From Candidatus Multivoradales bacterium (GTDB lineage Bacteria; Acidobacteriota; Thermoanaerobaculia; Multivoradales; JAHEKO01), in contig CBDCXM010000009.1 in assembly GCA_965223855.1 (NCBI GenBank), positions 1,344,001 to 1,408,000 on the forward strand: a stretch of DNA of 64,000 nt, written 5' to 3'. Below the pieces are notes generated by a model, which saw nothing but the letters and a program-made list of their open reading frames with translations, was not told the origin of the DNA and searched no databases. A program made the translations under genes and the position numbers. How positions within the stretch are numbered: position 1 is the first letter of the stretch; each line of letters opens with the position of its first letter. Below are positions 28,385-39,200 of this stretch, one piece after another.

Positions 28385-29956
28385 TCAGATCGGCAGGTTG
28401 CCGTGCTTCCGTGCCGGGACGGAGGCGCGCTTGCCGGAGAGCTGTCTGAGCGCCCGGACGAGATGGCCGCGCGTCGCCCGAGGCTCGATGATCGCATCGA
28501 CGAATCCACGTTCCGCGGCGACGTAGGGGTTCGAGAAGCGCTCCCGGTACTCGGCGACCTTCTTCTTGCGCAGCTCGGCCACGCCGTCTCCCGCTTCCTG
28601 CAGCTCGCGCCGGTAGAGGATGTTGACCGCCCCCTCGGGCCCCATGACGGCGATCTCCGCCGTCGGGAACGCGAGATTGACGTCGGTGCGCAGGTGCTTC
28701 GACGCCATCACACAGTAGGCACCGCCGTACGCCTTGCGGGTGATGACGGTGACCTTGGGCACGGTCGCCTCCGCGTAGGCGTAGAGGAGCTTCGCGCCGT
28801 GCTTGATGATGCCGCCGAACTCCTGCTGGGTGCCGGGCAGGAAGCCGGGGACGTCCTCGAAGGTGACGAGCGGGATGTTGAAGGCGTCGCAGAAGCGGAC
28901 GAATCGGGCCCCCTTGAGCGAGGCGTCGATGTCGAGGACGCCCGCCAGGTAGGCAGGCTGGTTGGCGACGATGCCGACGCTCTGGCGCCCGAGGCGCGCG
29001 AAGCCGACGACCAGATTGCGGGCGTAGTCGGGCTGTACTTCCAGAAAATCGCCGTCGTCGACGACGGCTGCGATCAGGTTCTTGATGTCGTACGGCCGGT
29101 TGGGGTCGGCGGGGACCAGCTCGTCGAGTTCGGGCGCCTCCCGGTCCGCCGGGTCGTCGCTCGTGCCGATCGGAGGGTCGTCGAGGTTGTTGCTCGGCAG
29201 GAAGGAAAGCAGCTTGCGCGTCGCCAGCAGGCAGGCGGCGTCGTTCGGCAGGGTGAAGTGGCAGACGCCGCTCTTCGACGCGTGGGTCGAGGCGCCGCCG
29301 AGCTCCTCCTTGGTGACCTCTTCGTGCGTCACGGTCTTGATGACATCGGGCCCGGTGACGAACATGTAGCTCGTGTCCTCCACCATGAGGATGAAGTCGG
29401 TGATCGCCGGGGAGTACACGGCACCGCCGGCGCACGGCCCCATGATGGCGCTGATCTGCGGGACCACCCCCGAAGCGAGCGTGTTGCGCAGGAAGATGTC
29501 CGCGTAGCCACCGAGTGAGGCGACGCCCTCCTGGATCCTCGCTCCGCCGGAATCGTTGAGACCGATGATCGGAGCGCCGTTCTCGACGGCGAGATCCATC
29601 ACCTTGCAGATCTTCCGCGCGTTGGTCGCCGAGAGCGATCCGCCGAACACCGTGAAGTCCTGAGCGAACACGTAGACCAGCCGATCCTCGATCGTGCCGT
29701 GTCCGCAGACGACGCCGTCGCCGGGGATGGTCTTGGTGTCCATGCCGAAGTCGCGACAACGGTGGGTCACCAGGGCATCGATCTCGACGAACGATCCGGG
29801 GTCGAGCAGCAGATCGACCCGCTCGCGGGCGGTCAGCTTGCCGCTGGAATGCTGGCGCTCGATCCTCTCCTCTCCGCCTCCGAGACGTGCGGCTTCGAGT
29901 CGGCGCTGAAGCTCCTCGAGCTTCGAGTGTCGGTCGCTTCGTGTCGTTTCGCTCAT
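28385..29956 (-). CDS. pccB: acyl-CoA (propionyl-CoA) carboxylase carboxyltransferase subunit
   Basis: [44 protein letters not shown]. Confidence 0.96.
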   Translation of the reverse strand: MSETTRSDRHSKLEELQRRLEAARLGGGEERIERQHSSGKLTARERVDLLLDPGSFVEIDALVTHRCRDFGMDTKTIPGDGVVCGHGTIEDRLVYVFAQDFTVFGGSLSATNARKICKVMDLAVENGAPIIGLNDSGGARIQEGVASLGGYADIFLRNTLASGVVPQISAIMGPCAGGAVYSPAITDFILMVEDTSYMFVTGPDVIKTVTHEEVTKEELGGASTHASKSGVCHFTLPNDAACLLATRKLLSFLPSNNLDDPPIGTSDDPADREAPELDELVPADPNRPYDIKNLIAAVVDDGDFLEVQPDYARNLVVGFARLGRQSVGIVANQPAYLAGVLDIDASLKGARFVRFCDAFNIPLVTFEDVPGFLPGTQQEFGGIIKHGAKLLYAYAEATVPKVTVITRKAYGGAYCVMASKHLRTDVNLAFPTAEIAVMGPEGAVNILYRRELQEAGDGVAELRKKKVAEYRERFSNPYVAAERGFVDAIIEPRATRGHLVRALRQLSGKRASVPARKHGNLPI

Positions 29957-30128
29957 GCGGCGTTTCTCGCGAGGGAGGTTCGGGGTGGACGCCGGAGCGC
30001 CCCCTGGAATCAGGCGTCGCAGCGGCTGGCGGTCACGGTTCGTTGAGGCGCCTGATCATATGGGACAAACTGGCGCTACGGCCGGGGCTGCGTCCGCTGC
30101 TCGCCCGGGCCATCTTGGCCCGATACCG

Positions 30129-31439
30129 ATGCAAGACCTCGACACGGGAGCGATCGCCAGAGCTCTTTCGCAGGTGGCGGATCGCGACGGCGACCACGCC
30201 GACCTGTTCCTCGAGGCGCTCGCCGAAGTGCGACTGGAGGGTGAGGAGGGGAGCCTCGCCCTCAGCCATCATCGCGAGGCCGGCATGGCGGTGCGGCTGC
30301 TGCGAGCGGGGCGGAGCTGGACCGCGAGCTCCGACGTGGTGTCGCCGGACGGGTTCGCGCAGGCGATCGCACGCGTCGCGAGGGTGCGCCCCGGCGCCGT
30401 GGCGCCACCGCCGCGGACTCTCGAGATCGACCTGCCGACGACCGAAGGCGGCGAAGTGCTCGAGCGATTCGCCGATCGGGTGGCGGACGCCATCCGGGGT
30501 CGCCACGCCGCGTTTCCACTGCGCTGGAGCCTGATCGCTCATCGGCGGGAGACACGGACTGTAGGGACGATGGTCGCCCCGGCGCCGCAGAGCGAGACGT
30601 TCTTCAGTTGCCGGGTGACGACCCGCTTCGGGCGCTGGGGTGGGCTCTTCGATCGCCTGGGCAGCGAAGCGGTGGAGTCGGTCGCCGACACGCTGACCTC
30701 GCTCTTCCGCACCCGTCGGGTCGAGGGACCTCGGAGAGGCCGGCATGCGCTGGTGCTCGGCCCGGCGGCGGTGGCCGTGCTGCTGCACGAGGCAGTCGCG
30801 CACGTCCTCGAGACCGATACCCTCGCGCTGACCGGCCGCCCGGAGGCGGCCCTCGGCGTGCGGATCGCCGCCGCGGGACTCGACGTTATCGACGACCCGG
30901 GTCGGGCGCCGGAGTCGGTGCGACGTACGGTCGATGACGAAGGGATGCCGACCACCCGACGGTTCCTGCTGCGCGATGGAGTCGTCGTGGCGCCGCTGGC
31001 CGATCTCGCGGCGACCCAACGCGGTCCCGAGCTGATGCCCGGTGCCGGACGCCGGGGGTCGCGGCATCAGGCGCCCGCTCCCCGCTCGTACCATCTCGAG
31101 TTGCTCCCGCCGGAGGACTCGGTGTCGGACCCGGTCGCTTCCTGTGTCGAAGGTCTCTACGTTCGGGAGTTCTCGCGCGGCCGACTCGATCCTCTGACCG
31201 GGGAGATCGACCTTGCTTTCCCGTACGCACGCCGCATCGAGCGCGGCAATCTGGGAGGGCTCGTCGGCAGCGGCAGCGTCACGGGGACGGTCGGGCAGTT
31301 GCTGCACCGGATCGTCTCCATCGGTCGTGACCCGGCCGTCGGAGGGGCCGGCTGGTGTGCCAAGGGGGGGCATCGCCTCGCCGTCTGGGCGCGGGCGCCG
31401 ACACTGCTTCTCGACGACGTGGAGGTCGCAGGTGGCTGA
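30129..31439 (+). CDS. tldD: TldD family metalloprotease
   Basis: ADLFLE, HEAVAH Zn motif, VDDEG, C-terminal GWCAKGG. Confidence 0.85.
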   Translation: MQDLDTGAIARALSQVADRDGDHADLFLEALAEVRLEGEEGSLALSHHREAGMAVRLLRAGRSWTASSDVVSPDGFAQAIARVARVRPGAVAPPPRTLEIDLPTTEGGEVLERFADRVADAIRGRHAAFPLRWSLIAHRRETRTVGTMVAPAPQSETFFSCRVTTRFGRWGGLFDRLGSEAVESVADTLTSLFRTRRVEGPRRGRHALVLGPAAVAVLLHEAVAHVLETDTLALTGRPEAALGVRIAAAGLDVIDDPGRAPESVRRTVDDEGMPTTRRFLLRDGVVVAPLADLAATQRGPELMPGAGRRGSRHQAPAPRSYHLELLPPEDSVSDPVASCVEGLYVREFSRGRLDPLTGEIDLAFPYARRIERGNLGGLVGSGSVTGTVGQLLHRIVSIGRDPAVGGAGWCAKGGHRLAVWARAPTLLLDDVEVAGG

Positions 31440-32739
31440 CCGCGAACGGGCGCGGCTGCTGATGGCGCGTCTCCTCGACTCGGCGACGCTGGCAGAGGTG
31501 TTCGTCAAGGAGGGCCGGACGCGACGCGTCGAGTACGGACCGGAAGGTGCGTCCTCCAGCGTGGCTTCGGAGCTGGGTTGGGCGGTGCGGGCAGGGGGCG
31601 ACTCCGGGACCGGCTTCGCGACCGGCACCGGGCTCCCCCCGCCGCGACTCGAGCTGTCGGTCGCGACCGGGGAGAGACTGACGCTGCCCTCGCCGGACCG
31701 GCAGCCTGGCCGGAGCGAGGAGGACTCGGAGGTGCCGCTGATCGTCGAGGGGGAGGCGGTCTCGCTCCTCGAGGCGGTGGAGAGCGAACTCACCGGCCAG
31801 TTGCCGGGAGCGCGGCTCCTCAAGGGGGTGCTCGAAGACGGCATGAGTGCGAGCGTCCTCGTCAACTCGAGAGGGATCGACATCGGCTACCGGTCCCGAG
31901 CCTGCTGGCTGATGCTCGAAGTCGCCGAGGCTTCCCGCGGGATGGCGCGTACGGTCGTCGAAGTCGGCGAACGGGATGCAGGCCGCCTGCAGCCTCGCGC
32001 CCTGGCCCGACGGCTCGTCGATTCCCTGACGGCCAGGGCTGGCGCCGGCGGCCCGGATCGAGATCGCGGCGAAGTGGTGCTCGCTCCGGGGGTCGCGGCT
32101 CGGATCCTGGCGGCGCTCGAGCCGCTGTGGGATGGAGCCGCCGGGGCAAAGCGGGCGCTCGAGCTCAACGATCGCAACGATCGTCTCGGCTCTTCCCTGT
32201 TGACCGTGGTCGATGACGGGGACCTGGCGGGTGGTGTGATGGCCTCTCCCTGGGACGGGGAGGGGGCGCCCACGCGCCGCCGGGTGCTGGTCGATCGCGG
32301 CAGGTACGTGCAGCCACTCGTCGATTGGCGCGAAGCCGCGCCGCCGCGCTGGCGCGCGTCCGGTTGTGTCCGCCGGCCCGGTTGGCGGGACTGGCCGGTC
32401 CGCGGCCCGAGTCATCTCTTCATCGAGCCCGACCGCAACGTCGCCGCCGGGGAACTCGTGGCGGCGGTCACACGCGGCTATTACCTGCTCGAGGCGGTCG
32501 GTGCCGTGCGGGTCGAAGCCGGGGGGGAGCGCTTCCGGGTCCCGGTCTGCGGCTTCTCCCTCGATCGCGGACGCGCGGTCGAGACCGTCGGCTCGACCTG
32601 GCTATGCGGCACGGTCGGCGGCTTCCTCCGCGGAGTGCGAGGGGTGGCGCGCGACCTCGCCTTCGTGCCGGCGGGAGGGATGATCGGCTCGCCGAGCCTC
32701 CTCGTCGGCGGGCTCGAGCTGCGCTCTCAGGAGCGCTGA
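31432..32739 (+). CDS. pmbA: TldE/PmbA family protein
   Basis: AEVFVK, LVNSRG, PWDGEGAPT, IGSPSLLV; overlaps the tldD stop. Confidence 0.82.
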   Translation: MADRERARLLMARLLDSATLAEVFVKEGRTRRVEYGPEGASSSVASELGWAVRAGGDSGTGFATGTGLPPPRLELSVATGERLTLPSPDRQPGRSEEDSEVPLIVEGEAVSLLEAVESELTGQLPGARLLKGVLEDGMSASVLVNSRGIDIGYRSRACWLMLEVAEASRGMARTVVEVGERDAGRLQPRALARRLVDSLTARAGAGGPDRDRGEVVLAPGVAARILAALEPLWDGAAGAKRALELNDRNDRLGSSLLTVVDDGDLAGGVMASPWDGEGAPTRRRVLVDRGRYVQPLVDWREAAPPRWRASGCVRRPGWRDWPVRGPSHLFIEPDRNVAAGELVAAVTRGYYLLEAVGAVRVEAGGERFRVPVCGFSLDRGRAVETVGSTWLCGTVGGFLRGVRGVARDLAFVPAGGMIGSPSLLVGGLELRSQER

Positions 32740-32802
32740 GACCGGCCCCGGGGCCGGAAGATCGCGACGATCCTCCGGCAGCACCCGGGTCAGGGCTCCG
32801 GG

Positions 32803-33447
32803 CTAGCGCTTCTCCTCGGCCTCGGCCTCGGCGGCGTCGGAGTCCGTCTCGATCGCCTCGAGTTCCGGCACCAGGAGCCCCAGGATCGGCGCGGGATCGT
32901 CGTAGACCCGTGTCCGCCGGCCGGCTGAGTGCTTCAGGTAGTGGTGCATCGAAGCCCAGGTGGCGAGCTCGTTGAAGAGAATCTCCGGGTTGTGATGCGC
33001 CTCCAGGAGGGCGGGGTCGAGCTCGAAGGCTCGCGAGAAGCGCAGGACCGCCCTCCGGTGACGCTGCCGGGCGGCGAGCGCCGAGCCGAGTGCGTAGTGG
33101 GCGCGTGCAAACCCGGGGTCGATATCGACCGCCTTGCGGAAGTGGGTGGCGGCGTTGCGCGGCTGCCCCGTCTCGAGCAGCAAAAGACCGAGGTTGTAAT
33201 GAGCGAGCACCGAGGTGGCGTCGAGGTCGATGGCGGTTTCGTAGGCGGCGCGAGCCTCATCGAGGCGGCCCGCCATCACCAGCAGGTTGCCGTAGTCGCT
33301 CCACAGTGCCGAGTCGCGTGGAGTCTCCTCGATCTGCGCCTCCATCGCCTCGAGAGTGGTCGAGATCGGACTGGCGGACGCGGCTCCGCCGACGAGAACC
33401 AGTACGAGGAGGGCGGTCGGGATCGTCTGCTGTGGACGTAGCGGCAT
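32803..33447 (-). CDS. exported TPR protein
   Basis: Signal peptide; AHYNLG and AHYALG TPR motifs. Confidence 0.85.
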   Translation of the reverse strand: MPLRPQQTIPTALLVLVLVGGAASASPISTTLEAMEAQIEETPRDSALWSDYGNLLVMAGRLDEARAAYETAIDLDATSVLAHYNLGLLLLETGQPRNAATHFRKAVDIDPGFARAHYALGSALAARQRHRRAVLRFSRAFELDPALLEAHHNPEILFNELATWASMHHYLKHSAGRRTRVYDDPAPILGLLVPELEAIETDSDAAEAEAEEKR

Positions 33448-33475
33448 GCTCGTGTCTCCGGGATCGTTACGGCGG

Positions 33476-34018
33476 CTAGCGGCCCTTGCTCCGGTCGGCT
33501 CCGCGGCCGATCGGGCGCGCCTTCAGTGTCTTCTTGCCGTCCTGCGAGATCACCCTGAACTGCACCGAGCTGCAACCGGTGCGGCCTCGAATCTCCTCGA
33601 CCTTGGTGTCGAGGAACTGGCGGAAGCCGCCCAGCGTCGTCGTCTCGTCGTCGCTGCCCTCGTAGAGCTCGGAGTAGAGCCGCCGGACGGCGCGGCCACC
33701 GCGCTCGCGGCCGGCGACGACGGACTCGACAGGCTTGCTTCGGATCTGGTGTCGGTTGCGCTGGTCCCGGGAACGCCGGTCGAAGAGTTCGTTGTAGCTG
33801 CGCAGCTTCGCCGCCAGGCTGGAGAGCCGGAAGCGTTCCGCCGTCGAGCGCTGGGGAGACGACCTCAGGTTGGCGATCCGGGTCTCGAGCTCTTCGCGAA
33901 GGGCTCGCGGCGGTTGATCGATGTCGCCGGCCAGGAAGCGCGACTGTTCGATCTGGAGTTGTCGGATCTCGCGCTCGAGCCGGTCGAGGGCGCGGTTGGT
34001 GGCGGGGGTGTCGGTCAT
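33476..34018 (-). CDS. MXAN_5187 C-terminal-like domain protein
   Basis: LQIEQSRFLAG..PP...RFRLSSL and C-terminal TGCSSVQFRVISQDGKKTLKARP. Confidence 0.75.
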   Translation of the reverse strand: MTDTPATNRALDRLEREIRQLQIEQSRFLAGDIDQPPRALREELETRIANLRSSPQRSTAERFRLSSLAAKLRSYNELFDRRSRDQRNRHQIRSKPVESVVAGRERGGRAVRRLYSELYEGSDDETTTLGGFRQFLDTKVEEIRGRTGCSSVQFRVISQDGKKTLKARPIGRGADRSKGR

Positions 34019-34110
34019 CACGTCGGCCCGGGATGGCAGGGTCTCTCGGGAGTATACGGGCCAGGGATCGGCTGCGCCCAGTTCGGCGGTGAGCGCCGTA
34101 CAATGAAGGG

Positions 34111-35427
34111 GTGCCTGCGTTCCGTCTTCTCGTCGTCGAAGACCGCGCCTCTCTGCGGCGGATGCTCGAACACGCACTGACCGGAGAAGGACACCGGGTC
34201 GCTGCAGTCGGCGACGCAGAGACCGCTCGCGAGCTGCTGGCGAGCGAGACCTTCGATCTGGTGCTGACCGACCTGAAGCTCCCCGGGGGCAGTGGTCTCG
34301 ACGTGGTGAAGTCGGCGCGCCGCCGGCAGCCCGACGCTCCCGTCATCGTGCTGACGGCTTTCGGCACCGTCGCTACGGCGGTCGAAGCGATGAAGCTGGG
34401 AGCGACCGACTTCCTGGAGAAGCCGGTCGAGATCGAAGACCTGTTCGCGCTGGTCGATGCAGCTCTGACCCGCCCCGCGGAGCCGTCTTCCTTCTCGACA
34501 CCGGGAGGGACGACGATCGTCGGTTCGCACCCTCACCTGCGCGCCGCGCTCCGCCTGCTGGAACGGGTCGCTCCGACCGACAGCACCGTGCTCCTGACGG
34601 GAGAGAGCGGTACCGGCAAGGAGCTCTTCGCCCGCGCTCTCCACGATCTGTCGCAGCGCTCCGGCGGCCCCTTCGTGGCGGTCAACTGTGCCGCCATTCC
34701 GGCGTCCCTGGTCGAGAGCGAGCTCTTCGGTCATGAAAAGGGTGCGTTCACCGGCGCCCATCGCACCCGTGCCGGTCGCTTCGAACGAGCGTCCGGCGGC
34801 ACCCTTCTGCTCGACGAGATCGGCGATCTCGATCTCACGGTGCAGAGCAAGGTGTTGCGGGTACTGGAGGAGAAGACCTACGAGAGGGTCGGGGGGGAGT
34901 CTTCTAGACGTTCGGATGTGCGTCTCGTCGCTGCGACCAACCGGGACCTGGCAGCGATGGCCGAGGCTGGCGAGTTCCGTTCCGACCTCCGGTTCCGCCT
35001 CGACGTCTTCCCGATCGAGCTCCCGCCGCTGCGGGACCGGATCGCCGACCTGCCGGAGCTGGCGGCACATCTGCTCGCGAAGCTCGCGACCCGGCATTCA
35101 CGTTCGCCCGCCAGGCTGTCGGAGTCGGCGTTGCGCCGACTCGAGGAACAGCCGTGGCCGGGCAATGTGCGGCAGCTCGCGAACGTGCTCGAACGGGCCC
35201 TGATCCTCTCGAACGGGGACGTACTGGGCGAGGAGCTCTTCGATGCCCTGCCGGAGCAGCCGGACGAAGCAGAGGAGCGGGAGCGCCGCCAGCTCGAGTC
35301 GGCGCTCGTCGCCGCCCGTGGCGACAAGCACGAGGCGGCGCGCGCTCTTGGAGTGAGCTACCGCACCCTTCTGCGCCGGGTGGCGCGGCATCGGCTCGAA
35401 GGGGTCGGTCGCTACGTCGATCCCTGA
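34111..35427 (+). CDS. sigma54-dependent response regulator (PilR/NtrC family)
   Basis: Receiver DLVLTD; [31 protein letters not shown]; Fis HTH. Confidence 0.93.
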   Translation: MPAFRLLVVEDRASLRRMLEHALTGEGHRVAAVGDAETARELLASETFDLVLTDLKLPGGSGLDVVKSARRRQPDAPVIVLTAFGTVATAVEAMKLGATDFLEKPVEIEDLFALVDAALTRPAEPSSFSTPGGTTIVGSHPHLRAALRLLERVAPTDSTVLLTGESGTGKELFARALHDLSQRSGGPFVAVNCAAIPASLVESELFGHEKGAFTGAHRTRAGRFERASGGTLLLDEIGDLDLTVQSKVLRVLEEKTYERVGGESSRRSDVRLVAATNRDLAAMAEAGEFRSDLRFRLDVFPIELPPLRDRIADLPELAAHLLAKLATRHSRSPARLSESALRRLEEQPWPGNVRQLANVLERALILSNGDVLGEELFDALPEQPDEAEERERRQLESALVAARGDKHEAARALGVSYRTLLRRVARHRLEGVGRYVDP

Positions 35428-35485
35428 AGCGCCCCCTGGCGAAAAAGCGCCCGGAAGACGGTCGGCGCCCTGACGAAGTCGGCGG

Positions 35486-36223
35486 TCAGCTCTGGTCGGC
35501 GTCGCGCTCTGCGTCGGCGTCGCGCTCTGCGTCGGCGCTGCCGGTTTCGAGATCGACGCTGGTGACCGTGAACCGGAGAGCACCGATCGAGAACGTCTCG
35601 CGGAACTGCACATTGAACGTCGAGGTCTGCCCTGGCCTCAGCGATGCAAGAGCGGGTTCGACGGTCTGTGTGGCGACGCGATTGCCGTCGTCGTCGTAGA
35701 CGGTCGCTTCGACGACGATGCCGGTGGCGAAGACGTTGCCGTCGTTGCGGACGGTGCCGGACACCAGACGACCCTCGCCGTCCTCCGGATCGCTCTCTTC
35801 CCACGCGGTCACGCGAACCGGGGAGGCGATCGGTGGGGGAGTGGCGCTTGCAGCCGAAGTCCCGTCTTCGGCGCCGTCGGGAGCCGCCGGCTCCGGCAGC
35901 GGATCGACGTGCGCCACGTCGGCATCGGTGATGACGATGCGCGCCTTCGGCTTCTGCTGCATCTCGGGCTCCGGGGCCGCGTCGGCGGACTCCTCGGTCC
36001 ACGCTTCGGTCGCGTCGAAGTCGACATCCTCGGCGCGCAGCGACTCGAGACCGCCTCCGGCGCGGGTGTAGACGACCATCGCGCCTTTTCGCTGCCAGTC
36101 GCCTTCGATCTCGATCACGGTGCCGTCGGTCGTCACGAGCACCCCCGCCGGAGCGGCGAGGGCGACGAAGATGCCCAGGGCGGCAGCGGTCGCTGCAGGT
36201 ATCCACAGTCGGCGTTGCATCAT
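35486..36223 (-). CDS. exported protein with C-terminal FxLYD-like Ig domain
   Basis: Signal peptide; VSGTVRNDG..VEATVYDDDGNRV..LRPGQTSTF; last gene after pilY1. Confidence 0.7.
   Translation of the reverse strand: MMQRRLWIPAATAAALGIFVALAAPAGVLVTTDGTVIEIEGDWQRKGAMVVYTRAGGGLESLRAEDVDFDATEAWTEESADAAPEPEMQQKPKARIVITDADVAHVDPLPEPAAPDGAEDGTSAASATPPPIASPVRVTAWEESDPEDGEGRLVSGTVRNDGNVFATGIVVEATVYDDDGNRVATQTVEPALASLRPGQTSTFNVQFRETFSIGALRFTVTSVDLETGSADAERDADAERDADQS
35495..35537. repeat. 18-bp tandem repeat (about 2.4 copies; DAERDA)
   Basis: GTCGGCGTCGCGCTCTGC x2 plus GTCGGCG. Confidence 0.8.
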
Positions 36224-36279
36224 TGCTCTCCTCGAGAGGGCTCTCTCAGAAGCGGGCCGGTTTCGTGACTCATCGTGCC

Positions 36280-39200
36280 TCAGAAGTCGCGGAAATTCTT
36301 TTCTACCACGCAGATCGGGACCGGGGCGATGAAGTCGATCCCGGTGCCCGAGTTGCGGGTCTTGACGTCGATCCGGTAGCCGGGCGGGAACGAGCAGTTG
36401 GCCGGGAAGTTCTCCTTCAACCGGTCACGAATGAACCTGAGTCGGTTGTCGAGGGTGTCGATGACGTCCGTGCCGGCCTCGGGTGCAGGGTTCTTCGTCT
36501 GCGCCTGCTCGGTGAACGGCGACGACACCAGACCCTCGACCGTGACGAAGCGCTCCAGGTCGTTGGCGCTGTTGATGTCGGGGTCGTCCGAGAGCAGCCC
36601 GTCCGCATTGGTGGTGAAGACGCCGTAGATGTTGCTGGTACCGCTCTCGCGACACAGCGACTCCTCCGGGATGACGATCGGTCCGTCGGGGTTGGGGATG
36701 AAGGTCGAGAAGAAGAGGATCCCCGAAAGGGCGAACGGCTCCGTGACGAGGCGTTCGTCGGCCGCCAACTCGAGCCACCAGCCCTCGCCCGGTAGCAGCA
36801 GGTTGGTGCTGCCGAAGGTCGCGGACGTCGGTGTCAGCGGTTCGAGGTCGGTCGATGCGGGCGAGAACGGCTCGAACGTCGGATCCATGATCGTCGTCTG
36901 CCCGACGTTGTCGACGAAGGTGAAGAAGCGCCCGGACGGCTGCTGGCGACGGAAGATGTTCTCCCGCTCGCCGGTGCCGACCGCGATCGCGTACTTGTTG
37001 AACTCGGAAAGGAAGATCACCGAGGGTGGGTAGAAGATCGGCCGCACCTCGGGAGGGATCGTGCCCGGAGCGGTCGTCTCGAGCAGCACGAACGGGGCGA
37101 AGTCGGTGTCGAGAATCCGTCGCTGGAGCTTGGAGACTACGGTCCCGTCGGCGGCGACCTCCTGAACGAGGTGAAGCTCGGCAAACGGGTACTTGAGGTC
37201 AGGACCCCCGTCGTCGATCGGGAAGAGCACGGTCCGGTAGAGCAGACCGAGCGTCGTGCCGAAGTAGACCGTGTCGATGTAGCCGTCGAAATTGGTATCG
37301 ACCGCGGCGGGTTCGGCGGCGACCGCTCCCATCACCGGGAACTTGTAGATCGGATCACCGGTCTCGACGTCGATCATGTACAGGAAGTTGCCGCGCTGGA
37401 ACTCGGCGCGCGGGTCGTAGCCGCCGCCGACGATCAGCACGTAGCGGTCCTCGAGCTGCGGGTCGGCTCCGGTACAGCCACTGGTGCAGACCTGAATGCG
37501 GCCGACGTTCGGGTTCGACCAGGCGAAAGCGAGATCGACGTAACCGTTGTCGTCCTCGTCGAGTCTCACGCCGTCGATCGAGTCGCTGAACTCCCAGAGG
37601 ATCGAGCCGAAGGCGATCGGGCCGCAACCGTCCTCCGCCGGGGTGATGCCGTCGATCGAACGCAGGCAGCCCGGCGGCTCGAGGCCGGTCACTTCGGGGA
37701 TGGGGGAGACTCCCGGCGCAACCGCGGGCAGCGGATCGGGCTGCGTGACGTCGATGACGTAGTAGCCCGAGGTCGGATGGTTGCGCGGATCCTCGGTGTC
37801 GAGAGGGTTGGAGTCGAGCGGGCTCGACAGGTCGCCGATCCCCTCCGGTGGTACGTGACCGCCTTCGCGCAGGCCGCCGATGAGGACGGTGCGCCACTCG
37901 CGATCGTCTTCTCTCGGAGGATCGAGCGTCGAGTCTGTGCCCTCGTGGATCGGGTCGATGAAGACGTCCGCAGCCTGAGTGCGGCCGTCGACGCTGTAAC
38001 GGTGCCGTGGTAGTCCTTCCGTGAGGTCGCGGACCGTCGGCATCGCCTGCCGCGGCACGACGGCGAAGAGTTCCCGGCCCGAGCCGTTGTCGTAGATGCA
38101 CGGGCGCGGGTCGCCCGAGACCTCGCGGCAGACGCCGGCGTCGAGGCCGTGCAGCATGCCGCCGTTGGCGCCGAAGAGCAGAACCCGTCGGCGGAAGGCG
38201 TGCAGGATCGAGAACTCCCGGTAGCCGTCGAGATCCTGCAGGAAGTAGAGCAGGTTGTTCGGCGAGGTGAAGAAGAGCGGGTCGGAGTGGAAGATGTCGG
38301 TCAGCAGATAGTCGATCGGCGTCGGGAAGTCGTCGTTCTGGGGCGTCGTCTTCTTCTCGAGCGTCTCGCCGATGACGTTGTTGGCCCGCGTCCTCGCCAG
38401 ATCGTGGGTCGGCGTCAGCAACGGGTCGAAGGGGATGTCGAAGCCGCGCCACAGGTCGAACTCCTGAGCGAGCGGCGTGGTGCCGTCCTGGGTCTCCTCG
38501 AAGAAGTGGCGCTTGCGGGGCACCCGATCGCCGAACTCACCGTAGAAGATGCGGCGCTGGTTGGCCAACTCGCCGACCGGGTCCGCCTCGTTGTACTGGT
38601 TGTCGAGGATCACCTGGCCCGCCTCCCACAGGAGACAGGCAGACGGGTCGTCGGTCGGATCGGTCGGGTCGGGATCGGGCGGGCAGGGGATGCTCGTGTC
38701 CGGCCGGTTGAACTCGTCGACCGGCACCGGCTTGAGGAAGGCGTTGACGCGGCCGATCCAGTTGGAGCGCTGCGGTACCGGTGTGAACTCGCTCAGGAAC
38801 ACCTTGTCGGCGGCTTCCGCCTGCACCGAGGGCACCGCGGCGGTGGCGAAGGCGCTCGGCGCCGGCTTGATCTGATCGAGGATGCTGATCAGCGCGTCGA
38901 CGAGCTCGTCTTTGTTCTGCGGGTAGATCACCCCGGGTCCGTCGCTGTCGATCGATCCGTCGAGGTCGTAGTCCTCGTTGCCGGTGCCGCCGGTCGAGGC
39001 CATGCAGCGCAGCGACCGGTTCTCGCGCCCGGGGCCGGTCGGAGGCCATTCGTCCACCGGCAGGCCCACCGTGTCGCTGGGGATACAGCTCGGGTCGGTG
39101 TCGCTGGGGCAGCAATTCACGCCCGGCTCTTCATCGGGGTCGCCCGAGCAGCGCGGCAGATAGGGTCGGTGCGGCGCCACGCCGAACGCGACGACGAAGG

